Shown in pieces: positions 10,361 through 20,239 of a stretch of DNA of 64,000 nucleotides (the stretch's first letter is position 1; each line of letters starts with the position of its first letter). A model generated the notes under the pieces. The model ran no database searches. It was given only the letters and a program-made list of their open reading frames with translations, and was not told where the DNA came from. The translations under genes and the position numbers were made by a program. Source of the DNA: Elusimicrobiota bacterium (GTDB taxonomy: Bacteria > Elusimicrobiota > Elusimicrobia > UBA1565 > UBA9628); assembly GCA_016218545.1 (NCBI GenBank), contig JACRDQ010000040.1, forward strand, positions 18,436-82,435, given 5' to 3'.

Positions 10361-11318
10361 GACCCCTTTCCGCATCAGCTTCGCCGGGGGCGGGACGGAC
10401 CTGGCCGCCTTCTATCAACGCACGCCCGGGGCCGTGGTGTCTTCGGCCATCAACAAGTACATGTACGTGACGGTCAACCGCTACTTCGAGGACAAGATCA
10501 TCCTCAAGTACTCCAGGACCGAGCTGGTCTCGAGGCTCGCGGACGTGCGCCATCCCATCCTCCGGGCGTGCCTGCGCAAGACGGGCCTCACGCGCGGCAT
10601 CGAGATCACCTCCATGGCCGACGTGGTGGGCGGGACGGGCCTGGGGTCGTCCTCGAGCTTCACCGTGGGCGTCCTGCACGCCCTCCACGCCTACAAGAGC
10701 GAGTTCATGACGGCCGAGGAGCTCGCCCGCGAGGCGTGCGAGATCGAGATCGAGCGCCTCAAGGAGCCCATCGGCAAGCAGGACCAGTACATCGCGGCCT
10801 ACGGAGGCGCCCAGTTCACGGAGTTCATGTCCGACGGCAGGGTGCGGGTCGATCCCCTGATCTGCCCGGTGGGCGTGCTCGAGGAGCTGCGCGCGAGGCT
10901 CATCCTGCTCTACACGGGCATCCGGCGCAAGGCGGGCCCCATCCTCAGGCGCGCCCGGGCCGAGTTCGACCGCAACGAGGCCGTGCTCGACCGGATGCGG
11001 ACCTTGGCCGACGAGACCCGCCACGAGCTGCAGGCCGGCCGGGTGGATTCCGTGGGCCCCATCCTGCACGAGGGCTGGGAGCTCAAGAAGTCCTTGGCGC
11101 ACGGCATCACGAGCTCGGACATCGACGACGCCTACCGGACCGCCCTGCGGCAGGGTGCCACGGGCGGCAAGATCGTGGGCGCGGGGGGAGGGGGCTTCCT
11201 CCTTCTCTTCTGCCCGCACCGCAAGCGCTCCCGCGTGACGTCGGCCCTCAGGGGCTGGCGGGAGATACCGTTCGACTTCGAACCCGAGGGGTCCAAGATC
11301 ATCTATGTCAGCAAGTAA
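10347..11318 (+). CDS. hddA: D-glycero-alpha-D-manno-heptose 7-phosphate kinase (GHMP family)
   Basis: The N-terminus RTPFRISFAGGGTD and the GHMP motif GGTGLGSSSSF, plus KQDQY and GAGGGGFLL, match the HddA-type architecture. Confidence 0.85.
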   Translation: MIISRTPFRISFAGGGTDLAAFYQRTPGAVVSSAINKYMYVTVNRYFEDKIILKYSRTELVSRLADVRHPILRACLRKTGLTRGIEITSMADVVGGTGLGSSSSFTVGVLHALHAYKSEFMTAEELAREACEIEIERLKEPIGKQDQYIAAYGGAQFTEFMSDGRVRVDPLICPVGVLEELRARLILLYTGIRRKAGPILRRARAEFDRNEAVLDRMRTLADETRHELQAGRVDSVGPILHEGWELKKSLAHGITSSDIDDAYRTALRQGATGGKIVGAGGGGFLLLFCPHRKRSRVTSALRGWREIPFDFEPEGSKIIYVSK

Positions 11319-11937
11319 GATCAAGCCGACACGTCCGGGCTGTTTCCACAGCGTCGGGCCGGGGAACCTCGAGCCCGCGGATTTCGCCCGGTGGTACCGC
11401 GGGGCCTGCGCGAGCGCGTGGGACGGGGTGGACCTCAAGACCCTCGCGGCCGTGGCCCGGGAGCTCCTCAGGGTGCGCGACCGCGGCCGCAAGGTCCTGG
11501 TCATGGGCAACGGCGGTTCCGCGGCCATCGCCTCCCACATCGCGGTGGACCTCTCCAAGACCGCCCGGGTGCCGGGGCGACCCCTCATCAGGGCCGTGGC
11601 CCTGACCGACAACGTGGAGTTCCTCACCGCGGTCGCCAACGACAAGTCCTTCGACGACATCTTCGTGGCCAAGATGGAGGCCCTGCTCGAGCCCGGAGAC
11701 CTCGCCATCCTCATCAGCGGCTCGGGCAACTCGCGCAACCTTCTCAAGGCGGCCCGCTACGCCAAGAACAGGGGCGCGCGCACCGTGGCCCTGCTCGGGT
11801 TCGAGGGCGGAGCGCTCAAGAGGCTGGTGGACCTCCACCTCATCGTGCCCTCGGACCAATACGGGGTCATCGAGGAGCTCCACATGCGCGTGGGCCACAT
11901 CCTGACGTTCTACGTCAGGCAGCTCGGGAAGGGCTGA
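11305..11937 (+). CDS. gmhA: Phosphoheptose isomerase (SIS domain)
   Basis: VLVMGNGGSAAIASH, ILISGSGNS.N and EELH match the GmhA/SIS pattern. It is the last gene of the heptose operon. Confidence 0.85.
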   Translation: MSASKIKPTRPGCFHSVGPGNLEPADFARWYRGACASAWDGVDLKTLAAVARELLRVRDRGRKVLVMGNGGSAAIASHIAVDLSKTARVPGRPLIRAVALTDNVEFLTAVANDKSFDDIFVAKMEALLEPGDLAILISGSGNSRNLLKAARYAKNRGARTVALLGFEGGALKRLVDLHLIVPSDQYGVIEELHMRVGHILTFYVRQLGKG

Positions 11938-11942
11938 AGCCC

Positions 11943-12488
11943 GTGCTCAAGGGAGCGCTGCTCGCCCTGGCCGCGGGGGCGGTCCTCGCGGCCGTCGTGG
12001 GGAGCGTCATGCCTTCGAGCTACGAGATCTTGCGTTCCGCGGAGGTCAAGGCGCACCCCGTCAAGGTCTACCTCTCGGTGGGGGAGCTGCGCGACTGGCC
12101 GAAGTGGTGGCCCTGGACGGAACTCGAGCCGGCGGCCAAGTTCTCCTTCGGCTCCCAGACCTCGGGCGTGGGCTCCACGGTCGCGCTGAGGGGCAGGCCC
12201 GGGGCGGGCCGGGTGAAGATCACGGGAGCCTCGCCCACGGGCGGGATCGAGTTCGACTATGCCTTTGACAGCGGGGCTGGAAACGGCCGCGGCGGCATCG
12301 AGCTCAAAGCCTCTGGGGATCGGACCATCGTCACTTGGCGCGTGCAGGGGCGCTTCAATATCCCGGTCCTCGGCGGGTACCTGGCCGCCCTGGCCGACCC
12401 GATGCACGGCGGCATGCTGGGATGGGGATTGAACAACCTCAAGACCCTCGTCGAAGCCGACCAGCGCGAGGTCCTTTCAGGCCCGTAG
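11943..12488 (+). CDS. Membrane-anchored SRPBCC/polyketide-cyclase-like protein (hypothetical)
   Basis: Track ORF 11391..12488 trimmed to the GTG at 11943, after the gmhA stop. It has an N-terminal hydrophobic helix followed by a START/SRPBCC-like beta-rich body. The call is weak. Confidence 0.45.
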   Translation: MLKGALLALAAGAVLAAVVGSVMPSSYEILRSAEVKAHPVKVYLSVGELRDWPKWWPWTELEPAAKFSFGSQTSGVGSTVALRGRPGAGRVKITGASPTGGIEFDYAFDSGAGNGRGGIELKASGDRTIVTWRVQGRFNIPVLGGYLAALADPMHGGMLGWGLNNLKTLVEADQREVLSGP

Positions 12489-12515
12489 GTCCAGCGCGCC
12501 GGCCGCTTCGCGTCG

Positions 12516-13814
12516 CTACTCCTTCGTGAAGGCGGCGTTTCCGCTCGCCGTGACTCCGGAGCCGTCGTCGTATTGGAAATTCACCGCCATCTGCGCGGCC
12601 GGCACGCCTCCGGAGTTGATGAGCGTGAACGTCGTGCCGTCGAACCTGCTGTTGCTGACGGTGGGCCCTCCCGAGCCCAGGGCGATGACGGCGTCGCCCG
12701 AGAGCGAGGCGAAACTGTGGTTTCCCGAGAAGAAGACGGAGTCGCTGAAGGACCCGCCGAAGAGGGCCAAGTCCGACCCGTTCGTGATGGCCCTGGCACC
12801 GAAGTCGACGTAGAAGCAGACCGACGCGCTGATATCAGTGGAGCCGCCGCATACGCCGCCCGAGCAGGTGCCGGCGTTGGGGATGACCTGGCTGAAGTGC
12901 GCCGTGCCTGACCCGAAGCTGCGCAGATCCTCCCACTTGGCGATGCCGTCCGTGATGCCGCCGCCCAGCGAGGACTGCGAGGCGTTCTCCGTGATGTTGG
13001 AGTTGTCCTGCGTGGCCTCGGCGATGGAATCCGTGTTCGCGAGGTCTCCCAGGGCTCCGGCCGCGGCCTGGCCGGATTCCTCGGTGGCCGAGCCTTCGGT
13101 CGAGGCCGCGGTCCCGGACCCGCCTTCCGAGCTCCCGCCGCCGCTCGAGGCAGCCTCGTCGGACTTGGGCGCGAGGTCGCTTGCGACCTCGTTGACCAGG
13201 TTCGGCGGCGCGATGTAGGGCGCCGAGGGGCCCGCAGGCGTCACATCGATGGCCATGCCCGGCCTGCTCGCGGTCGAGTCCTTGCCCGCGGCCGTGACCA
13301 CGATCTGGCCCGGCCTTTCGGAGGCGTTGTTCCTGGGCCCCGGGCCCACGAGGATGGCCGTGGCCTTGGTCGGGGAGAATATCTTGGCCGCCACGATGGT
13401 GCCGCGGATGCCGATGACGCCGACCGGGAGCTTGACTCTCATGTTGGAGGGGGTCTCGCGGGCGATCTTGCCCGTGACGAAGCGAAAGACCCCTTTCGTC
13501 ACGCGGGCCGTCATCCTGCCCGAGCCCTTGGCTGGGTCGTAGACGAACTCGTCGAGGATCAGCGAGCTGTTGGGGCCGATGGTGAAGACGGTCTCGTCGA
13601 GGAGGAGGACCTGCATGCGGCCGTCGGCGTCCGTGGTGACCGCGTCGCGCAGGTAGACCTCCTTGCCGCTCTCCATGACGCGGCCCACGGCCTGGCCCGG
13701 TGCCCGGGCGGACACCCCGCCTCGCACGGCCGCGGCTGCCCCGATGCGCATGGACTGGGCTTGGGCTTGGGGGGCGAGGGAGAGGAGCGATGATAGAACG
13801 AGGTGATGGAGCAT
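12516..13814 (-). CDS. Secreted FecR-domain protein with Ser/Gly/Glu-rich linker
   Basis: Trimmed to the ATG at 13814 (MLHHLVLSSLLSLAPQAQA signal peptide). The DAVTTDADGRMQVLLLDETVFTIGPNSSL segment is FecR-like. The C-terminal half has unknown function. Confidence 0.6.
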   Translation of the reverse strand: MLHHLVLSSLLSLAPQAQAQSMRIGAAAAVRGGVSARAPGQAVGRVMESGKEVYLRDAVTTDADGRMQVLLLDETVFTIGPNSSLILDEFVYDPAKGSGRMTARVTKGVFRFVTGKIARETPSNMRVKLPVGVIGIRGTIVAAKIFSPTKATAILVGPGPRNNASERPGQIVVTAAGKDSTASRPGMAIDVTPAGPSAPYIAPPNLVNEVASDLAPKSDEAASSGGGSSEGGSGTAASTEGSATEESGQAAAGALGDLANTDSIAEATQDNSNITENASQSSLGGGITDGIAKWEDLRSFGSGTAHFSQVIPNAGTCSGGVCGGSTDISASVCFYVDFGARAITNGSDLALFGGSFSDSVFFSGNHSFASLSGDAVIALGSGGPTVSNSRFDGTTFTLINSGGVPAAQMAVNFQYDDGSGVTASGNAAFTKE

Positions 13815-13897
13815 CGATGGCGCCTCCTGCCGGAGATCGTCCCATGATACCAATTCGGAGGGCGGTCTCCCGGGCCCGAACTTGGTAGAATGCCTGC

Positions 13898-14626
13898 GTG
13901 AAGCTCTCCATCATCATCCCGGTCCTCAATGAGAAGGCCACGGTCGCGGCCCTGCTCGACGCGGTGCTGGCTGTGGCGCTCCCGGGCGTGGAGAAGGAGC
14001 TCGTGATCGTGGAGGGAGGCTCGACCGACGGCACCCGCGAGATCGTGCGCTCTTACGGGGCCCGGCCCGGGATCAAGGTCCTTTACGAGGACGCGCCCCA
14101 CGGCAAGGGCGCTGCGGTGCGGGCGGGCCTGGGCCTGGTGAGCGGGGACGTGGTGCTCATCCAGGACGGGGACCTCGAGTACTCCGTGGAGGACTACGCC
14201 AAGGTGCTCGCCCCTCTCAGGGAGGGACGCTGCGACGTGGTCTTCGGCTCCAGGACCATGAGGTCGCCGCAGAGCTGGCAGTTCCGCCGGTTCGCGGGCT
14301 TCGAGCGGGTCTACGGCATGTTCGTGAACCTCGGCGGGGTCCTCTTCACCGGGCTCTTCAACCTGCTCTACGGGACCGCCCTGAGCGACGGGGCCACCAT
14401 GTTCAAGGTGTTCAAGGCCGAGCACCTCAAGGCCATCCGGCTCAGGAGCGACTGGTTCGACTACGACTGGGAGATCTCGGCCAAGCTGGCCAAGCGCGGC
14501 TGCTCCTTCGCCGAGGTGCCCGTCTTTTACAAGGCCCGTTCCCGGGCCGAGGGCAAGAAGATCCGCTTCTGGCGCGACGGCACCAAAGTGCTCTGGGCCA
14601 TCCTGCGCTACCGCTTCACGGACTAG
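13898..14626 (+). CDS. Family 2 glycosyltransferase, polyprenyl-phosphate sugar synthase-like
   Basis: SIIIPVLNE, EGGSTDGT and IQDGDLEY are GT2 DxD-type motifs. Its ~240-aa size matches Dpm1/GtrB-like enzymes. Confidence 0.85.
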   Translation: MKLSIIIPVLNEKATVAALLDAVLAVALPGVEKELVIVEGGSTDGTREIVRSYGARPGIKVLYEDAPHGKGAAVRAGLGLVSGDVVLIQDGDLEYSVEDYAKVLAPLREGRCDVVFGSRTMRSPQSWQFRRFAGFERVYGMFVNLGGVLFTGLFNLLYGTALSDGATMFKVFKAEHLKAIRLRSDWFDYDWEISAKLAKRGCSFAEVPVFYKARSRAEGKKIRFWRDGTKVLWAILRYRFTD

Positions 14627-14653
14627 GCGGCCACAGCCGCAGTCGCTCCCGTC

Positions 14654-16327
14654 TCACTGCGCCGAGAACGACTCGAGGAGCTTGAGGCATTCCGGGAGGA
14701 GGTCTTCCTTGCGGCTCCTGAGGCAGGCCAGGGTCTCGGCAGCCGTGTCCTGCCGGTCGTAGCAGAAGATCCCGGTCTCGTTGACGCAGGCCTTGAGGAC
14801 CTCGTTGAGCTCGGAGGGATGCGAGACCTTGAACGGGGTCGCCGCCGGTTGGACCGGCTTCGCCGCAGGCTGGGCCTGGACTGGGGCGGGCTTAGCTGGA
14901 ACCGTCAGGGGTTTGGGCTGAGGAGCTGGAGCCGAGGCTTGGACCGGGGCCGACGCCGCTGGAGCTGAAGCCTGGGTCAGCTCCTTGCCGTCCGAGGCCA
15001 GCTCGAAGGTCCCCTTGACCTCGCTCTGGGACGCGTCCGGCACGCGGAGGAAGATCTTGCCTGCGATCTTTCCGGCCTTCTCCGGGCCGAAGACCAGGAG
15101 CATGGCGTAGTCGCTCATGAACATCTCGGTCTTGGGCATGCTCTCCGGCGCGGGCTTGCGAGCGACGTGGATATGCGGTCCGGACATCCGGCCGGGATCC
15201 GGATACCGGATGGTCCGGCCGGCCAGGGTCTCTCCATCCCCGAGGAAGGGGAAGATGATGAACTCCGCGTCCGCGAAGAACTCCTTGCCCTGGCTGAGAT
15301 GGATGATGGAGCCCATGGCCTCCGTGCGCTCCACCCTGAAGTCCGCGCCGCGGATCTGGCCCGCGGCCGGCTGATCCGGGATGACGAGGCCGTCGAGGAC
15401 CGCCGGGTCCACGGGTCTGCGCACGGCATTCGGGGCGGGGCTGGAGACGGCGGCCGCGCCTGCCTTGGAGCCGGATGCGAACGGCTTCCGCGCTCCCATG
15501 CCCTGCAGCATCTTCTGGCGCATCATGAGGACCGTGCCGCCCATCATGGTGACCAGGAGGATGGGGACGGCCACGAGCCCGGCCAGGCCCGGAGCAGCGA
15601 TGCCGAGCTTGGCTTTGAAGGTCGGCTGGAAGGGGAGGTCGCCGCGCAAGGCCTTGAGGTCCTGATAGAGGAGGAAGGACATGAGGAAGGGCAGGGGCCA
15701 GAGGATGAAGCTCAGGAGCTGGCCCACGACCGGGATGACCTGGATGAGCACGATCACGAGCCACGCGGTCAGGAGCCTCCAGGCGACCGAGAACCACCTC
15801 CCGCGCACGTATTCCCGGCTCTTGAGCAGGGCGTCGAAGCCGCCGAGGTCCTCGGCGATGCAGACGAAAGGCGCGAAGAAGAACCACACCGTGAGCAGGA
15901 TGCCGGGCACGATCAGCAGGACATAGCCGCCCATGACCAGCAGTCCTGCCAGGAGATGGACCCACAGCAGGGCGAAGACCCTCGGCCTCGACCTGCTGTA
16001 GCATTCCTTGGCCCCCGCGTCCTTGTAGACCACGGCCGCGCAGGTCGCGGCCGTGGCCCAGGACAAGCTCCAGAGCACGGCGATGACTGCGGCCAGCACT
16101 CCCAGGGAGGCTGCCGCACCCTTGAGTCCGGGCGCCAGGCGGCCCAGCAGGAAGCCGCAGGCCGGCGGGATGACGGCGGCAAGGATGATGAGGACGAGGG
16201 CGATGATGGAGACGAAGAGCAGGGTCGCGAGCCGGCTCTTGAAGTAGTCCCACCCGCGGCTGAAATGGGCGGAGACGCTGATGAGCTCGCCTGTCTGGGC
16301 TTGGGACTGCTGGGCGATGTCGGGCAT
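14654..16327 (-). CDS. Polytopic membrane protein with extracytoplasmic/Cys-containing C-terminal domain (unknown function)
   Basis: Trimmed to the ATG at 16327. The N-terminal half has about 6 helices. A Pro/Ala-rich linker precedes a C-terminus with 4 Cys. A TATACT box lies 5 nt upstream of the ATG. Confidence 0.5.
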   Translation of the reverse strand: MPDIAQQSQAQTGELISVSAHFSRGWDYFKSRLATLLFVSIIALVLIILAAVIPPACGFLLGRLAPGLKGAAASLGVLAAVIAVLWSLSWATAATCAAVVYKDAGAKECYSRSRPRVFALLWVHLLAGLLVMGGYVLLIVPGILLTVWFFFAPFVCIAEDLGGFDALLKSREYVRGRWFSVAWRLLTAWLVIVLIQVIPVVGQLLSFILWPLPFLMSFLLYQDLKALRGDLPFQPTFKAKLGIAAPGLAGLVAVPILLVTMMGGTVLMMRQKMLQGMGARKPFASGSKAGAAAVSSPAPNAVRRPVDPAVLDGLVIPDQPAAGQIRGADFRVERTEAMGSIIHLSQGKEFFADAEFIIFPFLGDGETLAGRTIRYPDPGRMSGPHIHVARKPAPESMPKTEMFMSDYAMLLVFGPEKAGKIAGKIFLRVPDASQSEVKGTFELASDGKELTQASAPAASAPVQASAPAPQPKPLTVPAKPAPVQAQPAAKPVQPAATPFKVSHPSELNEVLKACVNETGIFCYDRQDTAAETLACLRSRKEDLLPECLKLLESFSAQ

Positions 16328-16389
16328 GGCGCAGTATACGAAATCTCCCCTGATGGAGCGTGACAAAAAGGAGCCGACGAAAAGCGCTC

Positions 16390-17700
16390 TCAGGCAGGGG
16401 AGCCGGATTCAGGCGGAAGAGAAGCCGTCGCTTCCTGGGCCAGGATGAGGCGCCTGGCCTCGTGTCGGATCCCGGGCAGGACCGAGGCGAAGGCGGCCGC
16501 TCCCAGCATGCAGGCGGCTCCGCAGAGCGCGACCGTGAGCGGCGCTCCGATCGAGTCGGCGGCGGCGCCCGCAAGCAGGGAGCCGAGGGGCGCCATGCCC
16601 AGGAACACCATGGAGTAGAAGGCCATGACCCTGCCGCGCAGCCCGTCCGGAGTCATGGACTGGATGAGGGTGTTGGTGGCGCCCATGTGCAGCATCATGA
16701 AAAACCCGGTCGGCACCAGGATGGCCGCGGAGAGCCAGAGGGAGCGCGAAAGGGAGAAGAGCACGAGGGTCAGGCCGAAGGCGCCGGAGGCGGCCGCGAC
16801 GGCCTTGCCCAGGCCCTTGGTGTCGGAGCGGGTCGCCAGGAACAGGGCGCCCAAGAGGGCGCCGGTCCCGGTGGAGGCCATGAGCAGGCCCAAGCCCCGG
16901 GGGCCGGCGTGCAGGACGCGGTCCGCGAAGATGGGCATGAGCACGGCGTAGGGCATGCCCAGGAAGCTGGCCAGGCCCAGGAGCATGAGCAGGGCCCGGA
17001 CGGGCGTGGTGTCCCGGATGAAGCGAAGGCCCTCCTTGATGCCTTCCAGGGGCGTGGCGTTGCCGTCGTGATGGACGTGCTCCCGGGTCGTCATGAGGAG
17101 GAGCCCGGCGATGACCGCGGTGTAGCTGAGCGCGTTGCCGAAGAAGCACCAGCCTTCGCCTACCGCTCCCACGAGCAGGCCGGCCAGGGCCGGGCCGATG
17201 ATGCGGGCGCTGTTGAACATGCTCGAGTTGAGCGCGATGGCGTTGATGAGGTCCTTGCGGCCCACCATGTCCACGATGAAGGCCTGCCGGGCCGGGATAT
17301 CGAAGGCGTTGACGACCCCGAGGCAGGCCGCGAGCGCGAAGATGTGCGCGACCCGGACCTTGCCCGAGAGGGTCAGCCACGCCAGGGCGCCCGCCAGCAG
17401 CATGGAGAGGACCTGGGTCGCGAGCACGACCTTGCGTCGGCTCAGGCGGTCCGCGGCCAGGCCGCCCAGGGGGGAGAAGAGCAGGACCGGGATCTGGCTG
17501 GCGAAGGCCGCTGACCCGAGGAGGAGCGAGGAGCCGGTCAGACGGTAGACCAGCCATGACTGGGCCACGGTCTGCATCCAGGTCCCGGCCAGGGACACGA
17601 ACTGGCCCGCCAGGAAGATCCTGAAGTCCCTGTTCTTGAGCGCCCGCACGGAGTGCGCGAGCCGGGACGGAGCGTGCCGGGGGAGCGGTCCGTCGTCCAT
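16390..17700 (-). CDS. MFS transporter (EntS/MFS_3-like)
   Basis: 436 aa with about 12 helices. The N-terminus NRDFRIFLAGQFVSLAGTWMQTVAQSWLVY is typical of this MFS subfamily. Confidence 0.85.
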   Translation of the reverse strand: MDDGPLPRHAPSRLAHSVRALKNRDFRIFLAGQFVSLAGTWMQTVAQSWLVYRLTGSSLLLGSAAFASQIPVLLFSPLGGLAADRLSRRKVVLATQVLSMLLAGALAWLTLSGKVRVAHIFALAACLGVVNAFDIPARQAFIVDMVGRKDLINAIALNSSMFNSARIIGPALAGLLVGAVGEGWCFFGNALSYTAVIAGLLLMTTREHVHHDGNATPLEGIKEGLRFIRDTTPVRALLMLLGLASFLGMPYAVLMPIFADRVLHAGPRGLGLLMASTGTGALLGALFLATRSDTKGLGKAVAAASGAFGLTLVLFSLSRSLWLSAAILVPTGFFMMLHMGATNTLIQSMTPDGLRGRVMAFYSMVFLGMAPLGSLLAGAAADSIGAPLTVALCGAACMLGAAAFASVLPGIRHEARRLILAQEATASLPPESGSPA

Positions 17701-17767
17701 GACAGCGTCATTGTATCAATACGCCCGGCTGGGAGTCCCTTTCCTAACTCTGCTATCATGGGTCCCC

Positions 17768-20200
17768 ATGACCGCTCTCCTTGCGATCCTGCCGTTCCGG
17801 GAGAGGATCTGCGGGGCCCTGGCCGGCCCGGGCGCCCTGGTGCTCGGCGCTCCCACCGGGAGCGGCAAGTCCACGCAGGTGCCGCGCTTCCTCCTCGAGA
17901 GCCCGGCCCTGTTCCCGGGCAGGACCCTGGTGCTCCAGCCTCGCAGGATCGCGGCCAGGAGCCTCGCGGCCAGGGTGGCCATGGAAGCCCGGACTCGGCT
18001 GGGCGGCAAGGTGGGCTATCAGGTCAGGTTCGACTCGGCCTGCGGCAGGGACACGGCCGTGGTGTTCCAGACCTACGGGGTCTTCGTCCAGCAGGCCCTC
18101 GCCGACCCGAGGCTCTCCGGGGTGGGCGCGGTGCTCCTCGACGAGTTCCACGAGCGGACCTTGGAGTGCGACCTGGCCCTGGCCTGGATCGCGGCCTTGC
18201 GCCGGGACCTGAGGCCCGACCTCAAGGTCGCGGTGCTCTCCGCCACCATGGACGCGGCCCGGCTCCGGGAGTACCTGCCGGACAGCGAGGGCATCGAGGT
18301 GCCGGCCCGGACCTATCCCATCGACGTGAGCTGGCTCGCGCCGGAGGGACGCGAGGAGCCCTCCAGCCACGCGCTGAGAGCGCTCAAGGCCCTGGCCGCA
18401 GGAGGGCTCGAGGGCTCGGTGCTCGTGTTCATGCCGGGCATGAGGGAGATCCGCCGCACGGTCTCGGTCCTGGGACCGTTCTGCCGCCGGCTGGGCATCG
18501 AAGTGAGGGAGCTCCACGGCTCCATGGAGCTCGCTCAGCAGCAGGAGGTCCTCGACGCAGACCCCTCCAAGCCGCGCGTCGTGGTCTCGACCAACGTGGC
18601 GGAGACCTCCCTGACCATCCCGGGCGTGACCGCGGTGATCGACAGCGGCCTGCACCGCGTGGCGGCCTACTCGCCGGGCCGGGACGTCAACACGCTCTAT
18701 GCGGCCAGGATCAGCCGCTCCAACGCGGCGCAGAGGGCCGGCCGAGCCGGCCGCACCGCGCCCGGCCGCTGCGTCCGGCTCTGGGCCCGGACCGAGGAGG
18801 CCTCCATGGCCGAGGCCGTGCCTCCGGAGATCGAACGGCTCGAACTGAGCGCGCTCCGGCTCCAAGCCTCCTCCCTGCCGGGGGTTCTGGGCTGGCTCAC
18901 CCCTCCCAGGCCAGAGGCGTGGTCCAGGGCCAAAGCCCTGCTCGAGAGCCTCGGCGCCGTGACGTCCCAGGGTCCCATCACGGCCAGGGGCAGGGCCCTG
19001 CTCCGCTATCCGGTGTCCCCGAGGCTCGGCGCGGTGCTCGAGGACGCGTCCCGGGCCGGGAAGGAAGTCTTCGACCTGGCCTGCGCCATGACCGCGGTGT
19101 TCGAGAGCGGGGGCTCCAGGAGGAGGGGCAAGACCGTGGACCTCCTGTCCGCCGCAGGCGACCTCCTGTCCGGCCGCGGCGAGGACCTGCCATGGGAGTC
19201 CTCGGAGATCCTGCGCCAGTTGAGGCGTCTTGGCGGGAGCCTGCCAGGCAGGAGCGCCTCGGACCTTGGGGCGGGCGCAGCCGAGGTCTGGATCGCGGGG
19301 TTCAAGGACAGGCTGGCCTGCAGGTCCGCGGGCGGGCTCGTGTACCGGCTCGCGGACGGGAGCAAGGCGCTTCTGCCGCTCGCCAAGGGCGCGGACGCCC
19401 CCGGGCTCATCCTCGCCTTGGAAGTCCACGAGACCGCGGGAGCCGGCCAGTCCAGGCAGGTGAGCATCCCGCTCTACCTGCCCTGCTCGCCGGCCGCGGT
19501 CCAGCGCCTCTTCCCCGGCGAGTGCGCGTGGAGGTCCGTGTCGGAATTCGACGAGAGGACCAAGAGGGTGGTCCATGAGGAGCGTCTCATGCTGGGGGGC
19601 CTGGTCCTCGAGTCCAAGCCCGTGGAGGCCGTGAGAAGCGGCCGCAAGGCGGCTGCCGGGCTCTGGGCCGAGCAGTTCGCCTCAGGAGAGCTCAGGCATC
19701 CCGGGTTCGACGAGGACGTGGGCCAGTTGTTGGTCCGGGTGCGGCTGGCTGCCAGGCTCTACCCTGACCTGGGCTTCCCCGAGCTCGGGCCGGAGGATTG
19801 GCGGCTCATCTACTCGGAGGTCTGCGAGGGGAAGAACAGCCTCAAAGCCATCGAAGCCGTTCCTCTCGAGCCCGCCATCCTCGATTACGTGGGCTCGGCC
19901 AGGGCCGCCTTCCTGGAGAGGGTCCTGCCCCGGAGGAAGAAGCTTCCGTCGGGCAGGACCGGTCGTTTCACCTATTCCGAGTCCCAGGCCGCGGAACTCT
20001 CGGCCCGGCTCGGGGACTTCGTGGGCATGAGAGGGACCCTTTCCCTGTGCGAGGGACGGCTTCCCGTGGTCTTCGACATCCTGGCGCCCAACATGCGCAC
20101 CGTGCAGAAGACCTCGGACCTCGGCTCCTTCTGGTCCAACGCCTACCCCCAGGTGAAGAGGGAGCTCCAGCGCCGCTATCCCAAGCATCCCTGGCCGTAA
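17768..20200 (+). CDS. hrpB: ATP-dependent RNA helicase HrpB (DEAH box)
   Basis: Trimmed to the ATG at 17768. GAPTGSGKSTQVP (Walker A), LLDEFHERT (DEAH), SATMD, TNVAETSLTIPG and QRAGRAGR, plus an HrpB-type C-terminal domain. Confidence 0.9.
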   Translation: MTALLAILPFRERICGALAGPGALVLGAPTGSGKSTQVPRFLLESPALFPGRTLVLQPRRIAARSLAARVAMEARTRLGGKVGYQVRFDSACGRDTAVVFQTYGVFVQQALADPRLSGVGAVLLDEFHERTLECDLALAWIAALRRDLRPDLKVAVLSATMDAARLREYLPDSEGIEVPARTYPIDVSWLAPEGREEPSSHALRALKALAAGGLEGSVLVFMPGMREIRRTVSVLGPFCRRLGIEVRELHGSMELAQQQEVLDADPSKPRVVVSTNVAETSLTIPGVTAVIDSGLHRVAAYSPGRDVNTLYAARISRSNAAQRAGRAGRTAPGRCVRLWARTEEASMAEAVPPEIERLELSALRLQASSLPGVLGWLTPPRPEAWSRAKALLESLGAVTSQGPITARGRALLRYPVSPRLGAVLEDASRAGKEVFDLACAMTAVFESGGSRRRGKTVDLLSAAGDLLSGRGEDLPWESSEILRQLRRLGGSLPGRSASDLGAGAAEVWIAGFKDRLACRSAGGLVYRLADGSKALLPLAKGADAPGLILALEVHETAGAGQSRQVSIPLYLPCSPAAVQRLFPGECAWRSVSEFDERTKRVVHEERLMLGGLVLESKPVEAVRSGRKAAAGLWAEQFASGELRHPGFDEDVGQLLVRVRLAARLYPDLGFPELGPEDWRLIYSEVCEGKNSLKAIEAVPLEPAILDYVGSARAAFLERVLPRRKKLPSGRTGRFTYSESQAAELSARLGDFVGMRGTLSLCEGRLPVVFDILAPNMRTVQKTSDLGSFWSNAYPQVKRELQRRYPKHPWP

Positions 20201-20239
20201 GTTGAAAAAGTGCATGCCTGGCACCCATTATTTAGTATC

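Noticed and set aside
17709-17723. ATTGTATCAATAC in the MFS/hrpB spacer shares the 8-mer ATCAATAC with the 54407..54474 palindrome, raising the possibility of a common operator.
   Set aside because: A single AT-rich 8-mer match over both strands of 64 kb is within chance expectation by a rough composition estimate, and the surrounding bases do not match.
20212-20232. TGGCAC motif upstream of the nucleotidyltransferase gene, a possible sigma54 -24 element.
   Set aside because: The expected -12 TTGC is absent at the correct spacing; the sequence reads TGGCACccattATTT. A TTGAAA-18 nt-CATTAT sigma70-like arrangement is an equally weak alternative. Neither was called.
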